NCBI GenBank assembly: GCA_040904565.1
Contig: JBBDTI010000054.1
Location: 32,001 to 96,000 of the forward strand
Length of the DNA: 64,000 bases
DNA from: Rhodothermales bacterium
GTDB taxonomy: Bacteria > Bacteroidota > Rhodothermia > Rhodothermales > VXPQ01
Direction of reading: 5' to 3'
Shown: one piece after another, positions 8,983 to 17,729 of the stretch
Layout: every line of letters begins with the position of its first letter
How positions within the stretch are numbered: the stretch's first letter is position 1
Program-made: the position numbers and the translations under genes
The notes under the pieces: generated by a model
The model's input: only the letters and a program-made list of their open reading frames with translations
Databases searched by the model: none
What the model was told of the DNA's origin: nothing

Positions 8983-10932
8983 ATGACGTGGTACTGCCGC
9001 ACAGGCTGGATGATCGCGCTGGCGCTCCTGCTTCCGTTCGTCGCATTTGGACAGGCGGAGGTGCAGGCCTGGGGCAACGTCACCGGGATTCGCATTGAAG
9101 GGCAGCTGATGGAGTTCGAGACGAGCCTCCGGGTCGTCGGCCCAAGGTGGAATGACATCAGCCGTACGGCGAAAGAGCGGCAGCGGCCATCCTACGCGCG
9201 ACGGAACGGACGACAGTTCGTTTCGACGAGCATCGACAGCATGTTTTTCTCGCAGGTGGTTGAGAACGTGGGTGTCGGCGAAGCCCATGTAGACGTGGAG
9301 TTCACGTCGCGGGCCGATTCCAGCCTGTCGGGGGTGTATTTCAGCATCGCACTCCCCGAAGATCGATATGGAAGCGGAACCGTGCATCTCATCGATCCGG
9401 CGGACGTCCGCCTCTCCGACGCGCAGGCAGGCGGGCCGAAAGAATATATTCGGGTGAATGCACGCGGGCTCCGCGTGTCAGGCCGCGAACAACGGATCGA
9501 GGTGACGACGGATGAGCCGACGGAGATCGTCGTGCGTCGAGGTGAGGACGGAAACGTGCAGGTCTACCTGGCGATCGCGAGCGGTCCGGTATCGACGGGA
9601 CAGGTCGAACGGAAATCGTTCTTGCTGCGCGCGAACGGCCACATCGACCGGCGCCCGGTCCACGTGCGCATCGATCCCTCGCAGCCGGGACGACGGTTCG
9701 TCGGGCTGGGCGGCAACTTCCGGCTTCAGAATCCCCGGACGGACCGGCAGGTGATCGAATACAGCCTGGAAAACCTCCGGGTCGCATGGGCGCGGGTGGA
9801 CATGCCGTGGATGCTGTGGCACGCGGAAGAAGAGGTGGATCCCATCGAGGCGGCGCGTGCCGGAGAGCTGCATCCCAGAGTGGCCACATCGATGGAGATG
9901 GCGCAGCGCGCCTACGAGATGGACATCCCCGTCATGCTCGCCGCATGGTTTGCACCGGAGTGGGCCATCGAGGGCGAACGCCGCAGAGGCAGGGGACCGG
10001 ACGGCCGCTTCGGCAACGCCCTCCGCCGCGACAAGATCGACCGGATTTACGCGTCGATAGCCGACTACGTCCTTTATCTGAAGGAGGAATATGGCGTAGA
10101 GGTCGAGATGTTTTCCTTCAATGAGTCCGATCTCGGGATCGCCGTGAGGCAGACGCCGGAAGAGCACGCCCATCTACTCCGGCACCTGGGAGTACTTTTC
10201 GAGGAACGGGGGCTGAAGACGAAGCTCCTCTTGGGTGATACGGCCGACATCACGGGATACGATTTCGTCGACGTAGCCGTGGAGGACCCCGCCACGCACC
10301 CCTATATTGGTGCCGTCTCGTTCCACTCGTGGCGCGGATGGTCGAGGGAGAATCTGAGGGAATGGGACGAGGTGGCGGAACGGATGGATCTTCCTCTCGT
10401 GGTCGGGGGAGGAAGTGTCGATGCCGGAGCGTGGCGGTATCCGGACATCTTTCTCGAGGAGACGTACGCGCGAGAGGAGATCAATCTCTACATGCGAATT
10501 ATGGCTTTGTGTCAGCCGCTCACGATTCTACAGTGGCAGTTGACGGCGGACTATTCGCCGCTGGCGGGCGGGGGCATCTTCGGGAATGACGAAGATCCGC
10601 TGCACCCGACGCAGCGGTTCTGGAACCTGAAGCAGCTGGCCTCGACGCCGGAAGACGTCCGGTACCTGCCCGTCGAGGTCGATCGCTCGGATGTAACGGT
10701 GGCTGCCGTCGGTGACGTTGACCGCAGCGTCTATGCCGTGCATCTCGTCAATAACGGTCCGACGCGCAAGGTTACGCTGTCCGGCCTTCCGGACGGCCTC
10801 GACGCACTTCGCTTCTTCGTTACGGATGAAGAGCGCGGTATGGAAGAGGCGGACGCCGTGCGGGTCGTCGGCGGGGAGGCGAGCTTCACTCTTCCCGAGA
10901 CCAGCTTTACGTCGTTGATGAAATCAGAATAG
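8983..10932 (+). CDS. Secreted clan GH-A (GH30-like) glycoside hydrolase with extra N-terminal domain
   Basis: Signal peptide from MTWYCR, GLGGNF, FNESD acid/base motif, FHSW, WQLT, and a C-terminal beta-sandwich (VHLVNNG). Confidence 0.65.
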   Translation: MTWYCRTGWMIALALLLPFVAFGQAEVQAWGNVTGIRIEGQLMEFETSLRVVGPRWNDISRTAKERQRPSYARRNGRQFVSTSIDSMFFSQVVENVGVGEAHVDVEFTSRADSSLSGVYFSIALPEDRYGSGTVHLIDPADVRLSDAQAGGPKEYIRVNARGLRVSGREQRIEVTTDEPTEIVVRRGEDGNVQVYLAIASGPVSTGQVERKSFLLRANGHIDRRPVHVRIDPSQPGRRFVGLGGNFRLQNPRTDRQVIEYSLENLRVAWARVDMPWMLWHAEEEVDPIEAARAGELHPRVATSMEMAQRAYEMDIPVMLAAWFAPEWAIEGERRRGRGPDGRFGNALRRDKIDRIYASIADYVLYLKEEYGVEVEMFSFNESDLGIAVRQTPEEHAHLLRHLGVLFEERGLKTKLLLGDTADITGYDFVDVAVEDPATHPYIGAVSFHSWRGWSRENLREWDEVAERMDLPLVVGGGSVDAGAWRYPDIFLEETYAREEINLYMRIMALCQPLTILQWQLTADYSPLAGGGIFGNDEDPLHPTQRFWNLKQLASTPEDVRYLPVEVDRSDVTVAAVGDVDRSVYAVHLVNNGPTRKVTLSGLPDGLDALRFFVTDEERGMEEADAVRVVGGEASFTLPETSFTSLMKSE

Positions 10933-10954
10933 GGGCTTTAAGCACTTCCATCAC

Positions 10955-11809
10955 ATGCGTGCACGTTACATGCTTTCTGGCAACGTACATCTATTTTCGT
11001 CGCATCGTGCCATTCGGGGCGGTTTCTGCCAGTCTGCCGTCGCTTCGCGCAGCGCCGATGCAATGCGGGCGATGTCGCCGGTCGTAGTGCTGCAGTGGAT
11101 CGCGGTTCTTCTGATCCTGCTGCTACCGCAGTTGGTGATGATTCAGGAGGTGATGGCTCAGGAGGTTATAACTCGGGAGCCCGTAACAAACCAGCGGCTG
11201 TTTGACACGGAGCCGTTCCTTCCGGAGCACTACGATAACCGCGTCGCATCCTTCGAGGCGCAGCCCGTGGAAATGGGGCGCACGGTCTTCCTCGGCGACA
11301 GCATCACCGAAGGCGGCGACTGGGTTTCGCTGACCGGCGACGAGACCGTCGTGAATCGGGGGATTGGAGGGGACATCACCTTCGGCGTGCTGGAGCGGCT
11401 CGACGACGTCACGCGGCGTCGCCCGTCGAAGCTCTTCCTCCTCATAGGGATCAACGACATCGGTAAGGATATCCCCGAAGAGGTCGTTGCCGACAACGTG
11501 CGACAGATCGTCGAGGAGGTACGGGCTGAGAGTCCGGCCACGACGGTATACGTTCAGAGCGTGCTCCCGGTAAACCCGTCGGTAGACCTATTCCCGCAGC
11601 ATTACGACAAGGAGAACCAGGTCGTCCGCCTCAACCGGCTGCTCCGTGGAACCGTGGCGCAGACCGATGCCCATTTCGTGAACATCTACCCGCTCTTCCT
11701 CGACCGGATGGGACGGCTGGACGAGCGCTTCACGAACGACGGCCTGCACCTCAACGCAGCCGGCTATGAGGTCTGGGTCCGCTTTCTCGAAGAGAACGGC
11801 TACCTCTAA
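10955..11809 (+). CDS. SGNH/GDSL esterase (true start likely downstream)
   Basis: Blocks FLGDSIT, NRGIGGD, IGIND, DGLHLN; hydrophobic leader. Confidence 0.9.
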   Translation: MRARYMLSGNVHLFSSHRAIRGGFCQSAVASRSADAMRAMSPVVVLQWIAVLLILLLPQLVMIQEVMAQEVITREPVTNQRLFDTEPFLPEHYDNRVASFEAQPVEMGRTVFLGDSITEGGDWVSLTGDETVVNRGIGGDITFGVLERLDDVTRRRPSKLFLLIGINDIGKDIPEEVVADNVRQIVEEVRAESPATTVYVQSVLPVNPSVDLFPQHYDKENQVVRLNRLLRGTVAQTDAHFVNIYPLFLDRMGRLDERFTNDGLHLNAAGYEVWVRFLEENGYL

Positions 11810-11858
11810 TTCCGGCATGCGGCCGGGCTGTGTGACCGGGTGTGATCGGGCTGTCGGG

Positions 11859-11897
11859 CCGGGATGCGGGGCTGGGGTGCGGGGCCGGGATGTGGGG
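11859..11897. repeat. Three copies of a G-rich 13-mer between convergent genes
   Basis: ccgggatgcgggg / ctggggtgcgggg / ccgggatgtgggg read directly from the sequence. Confidence 0.8.
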
Positions 11898-11948
11898 CCG
11901 CGCAGTGTGAACGCCGCCACAGCCCCACGCGCACGTTTCTTCCTGGTG

Positions 11949-13325
11949 CTACGAGCCGACGTTCGGCAGGGCGGCGAGGCTCTCGTCTACGGCGTCCTGC
12001 GAATATTCGTAGTCGGGAAGCTCGCCCGCGCGGTAGGCCTCGTAAGCGGAGAGGTCGAAGTGGCCGTGCCCGGACAACGCAAAGACGATGGTTTCGGCGG
12101 AGCCTTCCTCCTTGCAGCGGAGCGCTTCTTCCATGGCACCCCACACGGCGTGGCCAGCTTCGGGGGCTGGGAGGATGCCTTCGCTGTGAGCGAAGCTCGT
12201 GCAGGAGGCAAACATCGGGTTTTGCAGGACGCTCCGGGCCTCGATGCGCCCGGCCTCGAGCAGCGCGCTCACCTGCGGACTCATGCCGTGATATCGGAGC
12301 CCTCCCGCGTGGATGGGCGCCGGGACAAAATCGTGTCCGAGCGTATGCATCTTCATCAGCGGCGTCATCCGACCCGTATCGCCGAAGTCGTAGGCGAAGC
12401 GTCCTTTCGTAAGGCTGGGTGAGGCGGCGGGTTCGACGGCGATGATGCGCGTGGTGCGGCCGTTCGAGGCCGTTTCTCCCAGGAACGGAAAGGCGAATCC
12501 ACCGAAGTTGCTGCCCCCGCCCGTGCAGCCGACGATCACGTCCGGCCATCCCGCACCGGCCAGTTCGAGCTGTGCCAGTACTTCCTGTCCGATGACGGTC
12601 TGGTGTAGGAGCACGTGGTTGAGCACGCTGCCGAGCGAGTATTTCGTGTCGTCGCGCGTCGCCGCCTCTTCCACGGCCTCACTGATCGCGATGCCGAGGC
12701 TGCCCGTGCTGTCGGGGTTTTTTGCCAGGATGTCGCGTCCCGCCTGGGTTTTATTACTGGGGCTGGGCGTAACCGAGGCGTCGAAGGTTTCCATGAGCAC
12801 GCGCCGGTAAGGCTTCTGCTCGTAGCTCACCTTCACCATGTAGACGTGGCATTCGATGCCGAACACCTTGCAGGCAAAACTGAGGGCGCTTCCCCATTGT
12901 CCGGCCCCCGTCTCGGTCGCGATGCGCCTGGTGCCCTCCTTCGCGTTGTAGTAAGCCTGAGCGACGGAGGTGTTGGGCTTGTGACTGCCCGAGGGGCTGA
13001 CGCCTTCGTACTTGTAATAGATCTTGGCGGGCGTGCCGAGTGCTTCCTCCCACCGGCGGGCGCGCACGAGCGGCGTGGGCCGCCACAGCCGATAGATCTC
13101 CCGGATCTCTTCGGGAATCTCTATCCATCGCTCGGTGCTGACCTCCTGCTGAATGAGGGCCATGGGAAAGAGCGGCGCGAGATCGTCCGGTCCGACCGGC
13201 TCTCCCGTGCCGGGGTGAAGTACGGGTGACATTTCGGCATCCAGGCCGGCCATGTCGGCCGCGATATTGTACCAGTGCGTCGGTGCCTTGTCTTCCGGTA
13301 AAAAAATTCTCGTCGGGACGGGCAT
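11949..13325 (-). CDS. trpB2: Tryptophan synthase beta chain 2 (TrpB2)
   Basis: PLP lysine motif [35 protein letters not shown]; long N-terminus of TrpB2 type; no trpA nearby. Confidence 0.92.
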   Translation of the reverse strand: MPVPTRIFLPEDKAPTHWYNIAADMAGLDAEMSPVLHPGTGEPVGPDDLAPLFPMALIQQEVSTERWIEIPEEIREIYRLWRPTPLVRARRWEEALGTPAKIYYKYEGVSPSGSHKPNTSVAQAYYNAKEGTRRIATETGAGQWGSALSFACKVFGIECHVYMVKVSYEQKPYRRVLMETFDASVTPSPSNKTQAGRDILAKNPDSTGSLGIAISEAVEEAATRDDTKYSLGSVLNHVLLHQTVIGQEVLAQLELAGAGWPDVIVGCTGGGSNFGGFAFPFLGETASNGRTTRIIAVEPAASPSLTKGRFAYDFGDTGRMTPLMKMHTLGHDFVPAPIHAGGLRYHGMSPQVSALLEAGRIEARSVLQNPMFASCTSFAHSEGILPAPEAGHAVWGAMEEALRCKEEGSAETIVFALSGHGHFDLSAYEAYRAGELPDYEYSQDAVDESLAALPNVGS

Positions 13326-13426
13326 GGGTTTATCTGGTGGGTGAACGGTGGTCCGAATTCAGCTGTCCGCGCTGGTAGTGGGGCTGGACGAAGATAGGGC
13401 CAATGCTCCTTTGGGTGCAAAGCCGC

Positions 13427-15646
13427 TTAGAACCGATGCGTGTACGTCAGCTTCGTCGCCGCTTGCTGCCCGAGGGGTCGTATTTCCATCACGTCGTTGA
13501 TCCAGTTGTGCGTGTAGACGACGTAGAGATCGCTTCCCGGCTGGATGGTCCAGCGGAACCGCCCGTACAGGCCGATCAGCTCGGAGAGGTTGTCATACTG
13601 GACGTTCGACGTCAGGGAGATGCGGGGCGTCAGGTCGAGACTTCCTGATGCACGGAGCAGCCGGGCGGAAAAGTTGCCCTCCGGCAAGCGCACGTCGTCG
13701 AATCTCCAGAAGGCCGACAGATTGAGCCCGGGGAACGGTCGGACGGTGGCGACGGCCGAGTATCCCGTCTGCGTTCCCGTCCAGAAGCTGCCGTGGCTGA
13801 CGGATCCCGAAAGCCTGACGCGGCGGTGAGCGGCGGTACTCGCCTCGGCCTCGCCCGTCCACGTCAGGTACCCGCCCGAAGGGACGATGATGCCGCCGTC
13901 TCGCCGAATGTCGAACGGTCCGAAGAGGCGTTCGAAATTGCGCGAGACGCTGACGCCGATTTCGTCGCCGGTCTCGAAGCGGATGCCGGGCGTAAAACGC
14001 GTTTCTACCGTAGCGGGCTCGAAGTCGAGGTTCGTCAGATACTCGAAACGCCATTCGAAGAGGAGCTCGCGCACGAGGTCGCTGTTTTCCATGAGGGGCA
14101 GGTATTCGAGGGTCGGCTGAAATCGGCGAAAGCCGCGCCGCTGTACGAAGCCCACGGCGGGGTCGAAGGCTTCGCCGAACTCACGGTACGACGTAGCGAA
14201 GGCCCAGGGGTCGTTGGGATAGTCGATTCGAATTCCACGCGACGATCGATCCCACAGGTTCGTACGGGCATCCGGCGCCGGATCGTTGTGCCCCACGAAG
14301 AAGGCCTGGAACTGGAGGATCTTGTCGCCGCGAAACCGCGACGTCGCGAGCTCCAGATCGGCACCGAACGTGTGGTGGTCGCCGGGGGTGCCTGATCCAT
14401 GTGCGGCTCTGCGCGTGTAGATGAGACCGGCCATGCTCTCAGTGAAGATATTGCGCACGAGCCGGGCCGCGGTGAAATCCTCCGTCGGGAAGTCGCCGGA
14501 TTCCTGCGTGCGCACCTGTATGAGTCCGATGTCGTAGTCGCCCACCTGGCCTGCCAGCCGCCCCCCGAAGAGAAGGGGGATGACCTGCCCTTGCTCGAGT
14601 CCGATGCGACGGCTGAAATACGGGTTGACGTTGCTCGACGGAGCGAACTCGAATACGCTGGATCCCTCCAGGAAGAAATCGCGTTGTTCGGGAAATTGCA
14701 GGGGAAAGCGCGTCAGATTGACCTGTCGCTCGTCGACCTCCGTCTCCGCGAAATCGGTGTTGATCGTGGCCGAGGCGCGGAGATTGGGCGTCATGCTGTA
14801 GGTCACGTCGAAGCCGGCGTCGGACCTCGTGCCGGTGTCCGTATCCTCGTCCACCCACGTACGCGTTGCCGATCCGAGGGCATAGGGCGCGACTTCAAGA
14901 CCGAGTCCTTGCGACATCCCCTCAAGTCCGACGAGGTCGCCGGCGTTCTGCGGACGCCAGAGTCCCTGGTTGCGACGGTGTCCCGTCCACAGCAGCTCTT
15001 CATTTTTCCGCCGGATCGTTCGTTGAAAGTTGATGCCCCAGGTGTCCTGGTCCGGGTTGAAATTGAGCGTACGAAAAGGGATGAGAATCTCGGCGCTCCA
15101 TCCGTTGGGCCCGCGACGGACGCGCACGTCCCACAAGCCGTCCCACGACTTATTGATGGTGGTCCCCTGTCCCGTTCGCACGAGCCCGTCGCCTAGGAGT
15201 CCAGCCGGATTAATCTCGAAGAAGTATGCCGAACGCCCGTCGTTGAAGGTGTCGATGATCCACATGAAGCGATCGTCCGTCGCGAGACTCATGTCGCGTC
15301 GCTTCTGAAAGGCGAGAATACCGTCGGGCTCGCTGTCGTAGAGCATCGCGCCGATGTACAGGTAGTTCTGGTCGTACATGATGCGGACTTCCGTTCGCTC
15401 GGTGGGCTCGCCGCCCTCCCGGGGTTCCTGCATCAGGAAACGCGTGATGGGCTCGGCATCCTCCCAGAACGGTTCGTCGAGCCGTCCGTCAAAGTGGAGC
15501 GTGGCGCCGGAGGGCAGGGGCTCGGCACGAACGGACGGAGGAGCATCGTCGGCGGTGATTTGCCTTCCGTAGACGGACACGGTGCCGGTCGGTCCGATGA
15601 GCAGGCAGCTTGCGATCAGAACGAACAGTCTCTGCGTCGGGTGCAT
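13427..15646 (-). CDS. DUF5916 outer-membrane protein with N-terminal CBM9-like domain
   Basis: Signal peptide, DGRLDEPFW, WSAEILIPF, INTDFAETEVD..NLTRF..FPEQRDFFLEG; ends in Phe. Confidence 0.85.
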   Translation of the reverse strand: MHPTQRLFVLIASCLLIGPTGTVSVYGRQITADDAPPSVRAEPLPSGATLHFDGRLDEPFWEDAEPITRFLMQEPREGGEPTERTEVRIMYDQNYLYIGAMLYDSEPDGILAFQKRRDMSLATDDRFMWIIDTFNDGRSAYFFEINPAGLLGDGLVRTGQGTTINKSWDGLWDVRVRRGPNGWSAEILIPFRTLNFNPDQDTWGINFQRTIRRKNEELLWTGHRRNQGLWRPQNAGDLVGLEGMSQGLGLEVAPYALGSATRTWVDEDTDTGTRSDAGFDVTYSMTPNLRASATINTDFAETEVDERQVNLTRFPLQFPEQRDFFLEGSSVFEFAPSSNVNPYFSRRIGLEQGQVIPLLFGGRLAGQVGDYDIGLIQVRTQESGDFPTEDFTAARLVRNIFTESMAGLIYTRRAAHGSGTPGDHHTFGADLELATSRFRGDKILQFQAFFVGHNDPAPDARTNLWDRSSRGIRIDYPNDPWAFATSYREFGEAFDPAVGFVQRRGFRRFQPTLEYLPLMENSDLVRELLFEWRFEYLTNLDFEPATVETRFTPGIRFETGDEIGVSVSRNFERLFGPFDIRRDGGIIVPSGGYLTWTGEAEASTAAHRRVRLSGSVSHGSFWTGTQTGYSAVATVRPFPGLNLSAFWRFDDVRLPEGNFSARLLRASGSLDLTPRISLTSNVQYDNLSELIGLYGRFRWTIQPGSDLYVVYTHNWINDVMEIRPLGQQAATKLTYTHRF

Positions 15647-15825
15647 CTATGCTTCTATACTGGCGGGTGATAAAGCGCGTACGGACGGAAAGGCCGCTGT
15701 CGCGACGCTTCCAGATTGTGTATAGTAGTATAAGGTCATTTGGTGGCCGCACGTCCACATGCCGGCAATGACCATAGACGGGCATTCACGGATGGCTGGG
15801 GTCTCCAATAGACAGGTAAAGGCAT

Positions 15826-16659
15826 ATGATCAAACGCATCGCACGGTTCTGTCTCACCATCGTTTTCTTACCGGCGGTCGTCCTAGCGCAACCCGAGACG
15901 CCTGTAGAGCAGTGGTCGGGGAAGACGATCCTCTTTGTGGGCGCCCATCCGGATGACGATTCGCGATCTCACGGAACGCTGTCTATGCTCCAGGATCGCG
16001 GCAACGACGTTCACGTGTTGCTCATGACGCTCGGCAACGTCGGGACCAAGGATCCGGATCTGTCCATGATCGAGCTTGCCGAGATCCGTCGTGGAGAAGA
16101 GGTCGCCGCGCTGGCCGCACTGGGGATTCCGGAAGAAAATTACATCAACCTGGGTTACGATGACGGTCGGCTCGAATACGCCGATCGTGAGGAAGCCATC
16201 GAGCGCATCGTATATCAGATCCGTCGCCTGCAGCCGAACGTGATGATGGCGTTCGATCCGGGGCAGCAGGAGCTTCGCTGGCACAAGTCAGATCACCGTT
16301 CGGCCTCGTATCTGGCCGCCGACGCGGCGAGGGCGGCCGAGTGGCCGCTGCTCTATACGGGTCACCTCGTCAATCACGGCCTCGAAGCGCACCAGATCGA
16401 AGAATACCTTTTCTACGACACCAACGACGGAAACACGGGGGTAGACATCACGGGCTACGTCGACCGGAAGGTAGCGGCCGGTACCGAATACGTGAGCCAA
16501 TGGGGACCGGAAGGCCAGTATAAGTACTACCCCGAGCTGACCGACGAGCAGCTGGAGAACGCTCGCGAGCGGATCCGCAATAGGGTGATCCATCGAGACG
16601 GACAACCGGTAGAGGTATTTCGACACCATGCCGGCGTGCCTGATGCCATCGGCCGGTAA
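15826..16659 (+). CDS. Exported PIG-L family deacetylase
   Basis: Signal peptide, AHPDD, R..E...A, HxxDH. Confidence 0.88.
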   Translation: MIKRIARFCLTIVFLPAVVLAQPETPVEQWSGKTILFVGAHPDDDSRSHGTLSMLQDRGNDVHVLLMTLGNVGTKDPDLSMIELAEIRRGEEVAALAALGIPEENYINLGYDDGRLEYADREEAIERIVYQIRRLQPNVMMAFDPGQQELRWHKSDHRSASYLAADAARAAEWPLLYTGHLVNHGLEAHQIEEYLFYDTNDGNTGVDITGYVDRKVAAGTEYVSQWGPEGQYKYYPELTDEQLENARERIRNRVIHRDGQPVEVFRHHAGVPDAIGR

Positions 16660-16670
16660 TCATACGAATG

Positions 16671-17561
16671 CTACTCCATGCCCGCAATCACGCCGCGCAT
16701 GTAGGCGAACGACCGCTGCATGCCTGGGAGAGGGTCGTCGGGATGTATCTCGTATTCGAGGTTGACGCTGCCGGCGTATTGCATATCGACCAGCTGGTGG
16801 AAAATGGCCGGCACGGGCAGCTTTCCTTCTCCGACGATGCACTGGCTGTCGCGATCGGTCAGATCCTGCAGGTCTTTCATGTGCATGTCGAGCACGCGGT
16901 CGCCGGCATCGGCGATCTCCTGTACGACGTCGTTGCCCGTTCGCGCCGTATGGCCGACGTCCACGCACAGTCCGATGCGCGGGTCCATATCGCCGATGAG
17001 CCGGAGCGCGTCGCTCGGGGCGGGATAGTGCGGGTCCTCCGGTCCGTGATTGTGGATGGCCACGCTGATGTCGTACTCCTTGACGAATTGCTCGATACGA
17101 GGCAAGGTGTCCGGATGCGGCGCGATGACGAGCATGGGAATGCCCGATGCACGGGCGTATTCGAAGAACATCCGGACGTGTTCGTCCGTGTCTTCGCTGA
17201 TGGTGTTGTTGCCGCTGCTCTCGATGGTCAGGCCGGCGTCGTGAAACTCGGAGACGGCCGATCTGATCTCCGCGTCCGAGAGCTCGTACGGCAGGTGGAA
17301 CGATTTCACGCTGACGGTCGTCGCGCCGAGGGCGTTCACCATCGCGATGGCCTCTTCACGGGAGAACTCCCGGAGCGAGTACGTCGCGACGCCGAGCCGC
17401 ACGCGGTCGTCCAGGGACTCTAAGCCATGCTTGCTCGAGGGCGACGTCGTGCGGTCGGTCCAGCCAGGCAGGGCCGACAGAGAGAGTCCGAGCGTTCCAG
17501 CGGCTGCGTGTTTGAGAAAACGGCGACGTGGTGCGGCGTGGCGTCCGGTTTCGGTCTTCAT
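16671..17561 (-). CDS. Tat-exported sugar phosphate isomerase/epimerase (TIM barrel)
   Basis: RRRFLK Tat motif, IHNHGPED, DVGH, HMKD, EYE. Confidence 0.9.
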   Translation of the reverse strand: MKTETGRHAAPRRRFLKHAAAGTLGLSLSALPGWTDRTTSPSSKHGLESLDDRVRLGVATYSLREFSREEAIAMVNALGATTVSVKSFHLPYELSDAEIRSAVSEFHDAGLTIESSGNNTISEDTDEHVRMFFEYARASGIPMLVIAPHPDTLPRIEQFVKEYDISVAIHNHGPEDPHYPAPSDALRLIGDMDPRIGLCVDVGHTARTGNDVVQEIADAGDRVLDMHMKDLQDLTDRDSQCIVGEGKLPVPAIFHQLVDMQYAGSVNLEYEIHPDDPLPGMQRSFAYMRGVIAGME

Positions 17562-17729
17562 CGTATCGTGTCGTTCGTGAGGACGCAGATCATCATTCAG
17601 TATACCAAGTCATTCCGTGGAAGTATACGAAGGACTGGCGTTCGTCGCTGAAATGAACGGCTCCATCATTGGTGCGTATTTTAGGACTCCTTTACGTCCG
17701 TCAATGCTCAAAAACCCCGTCTTGAACGC

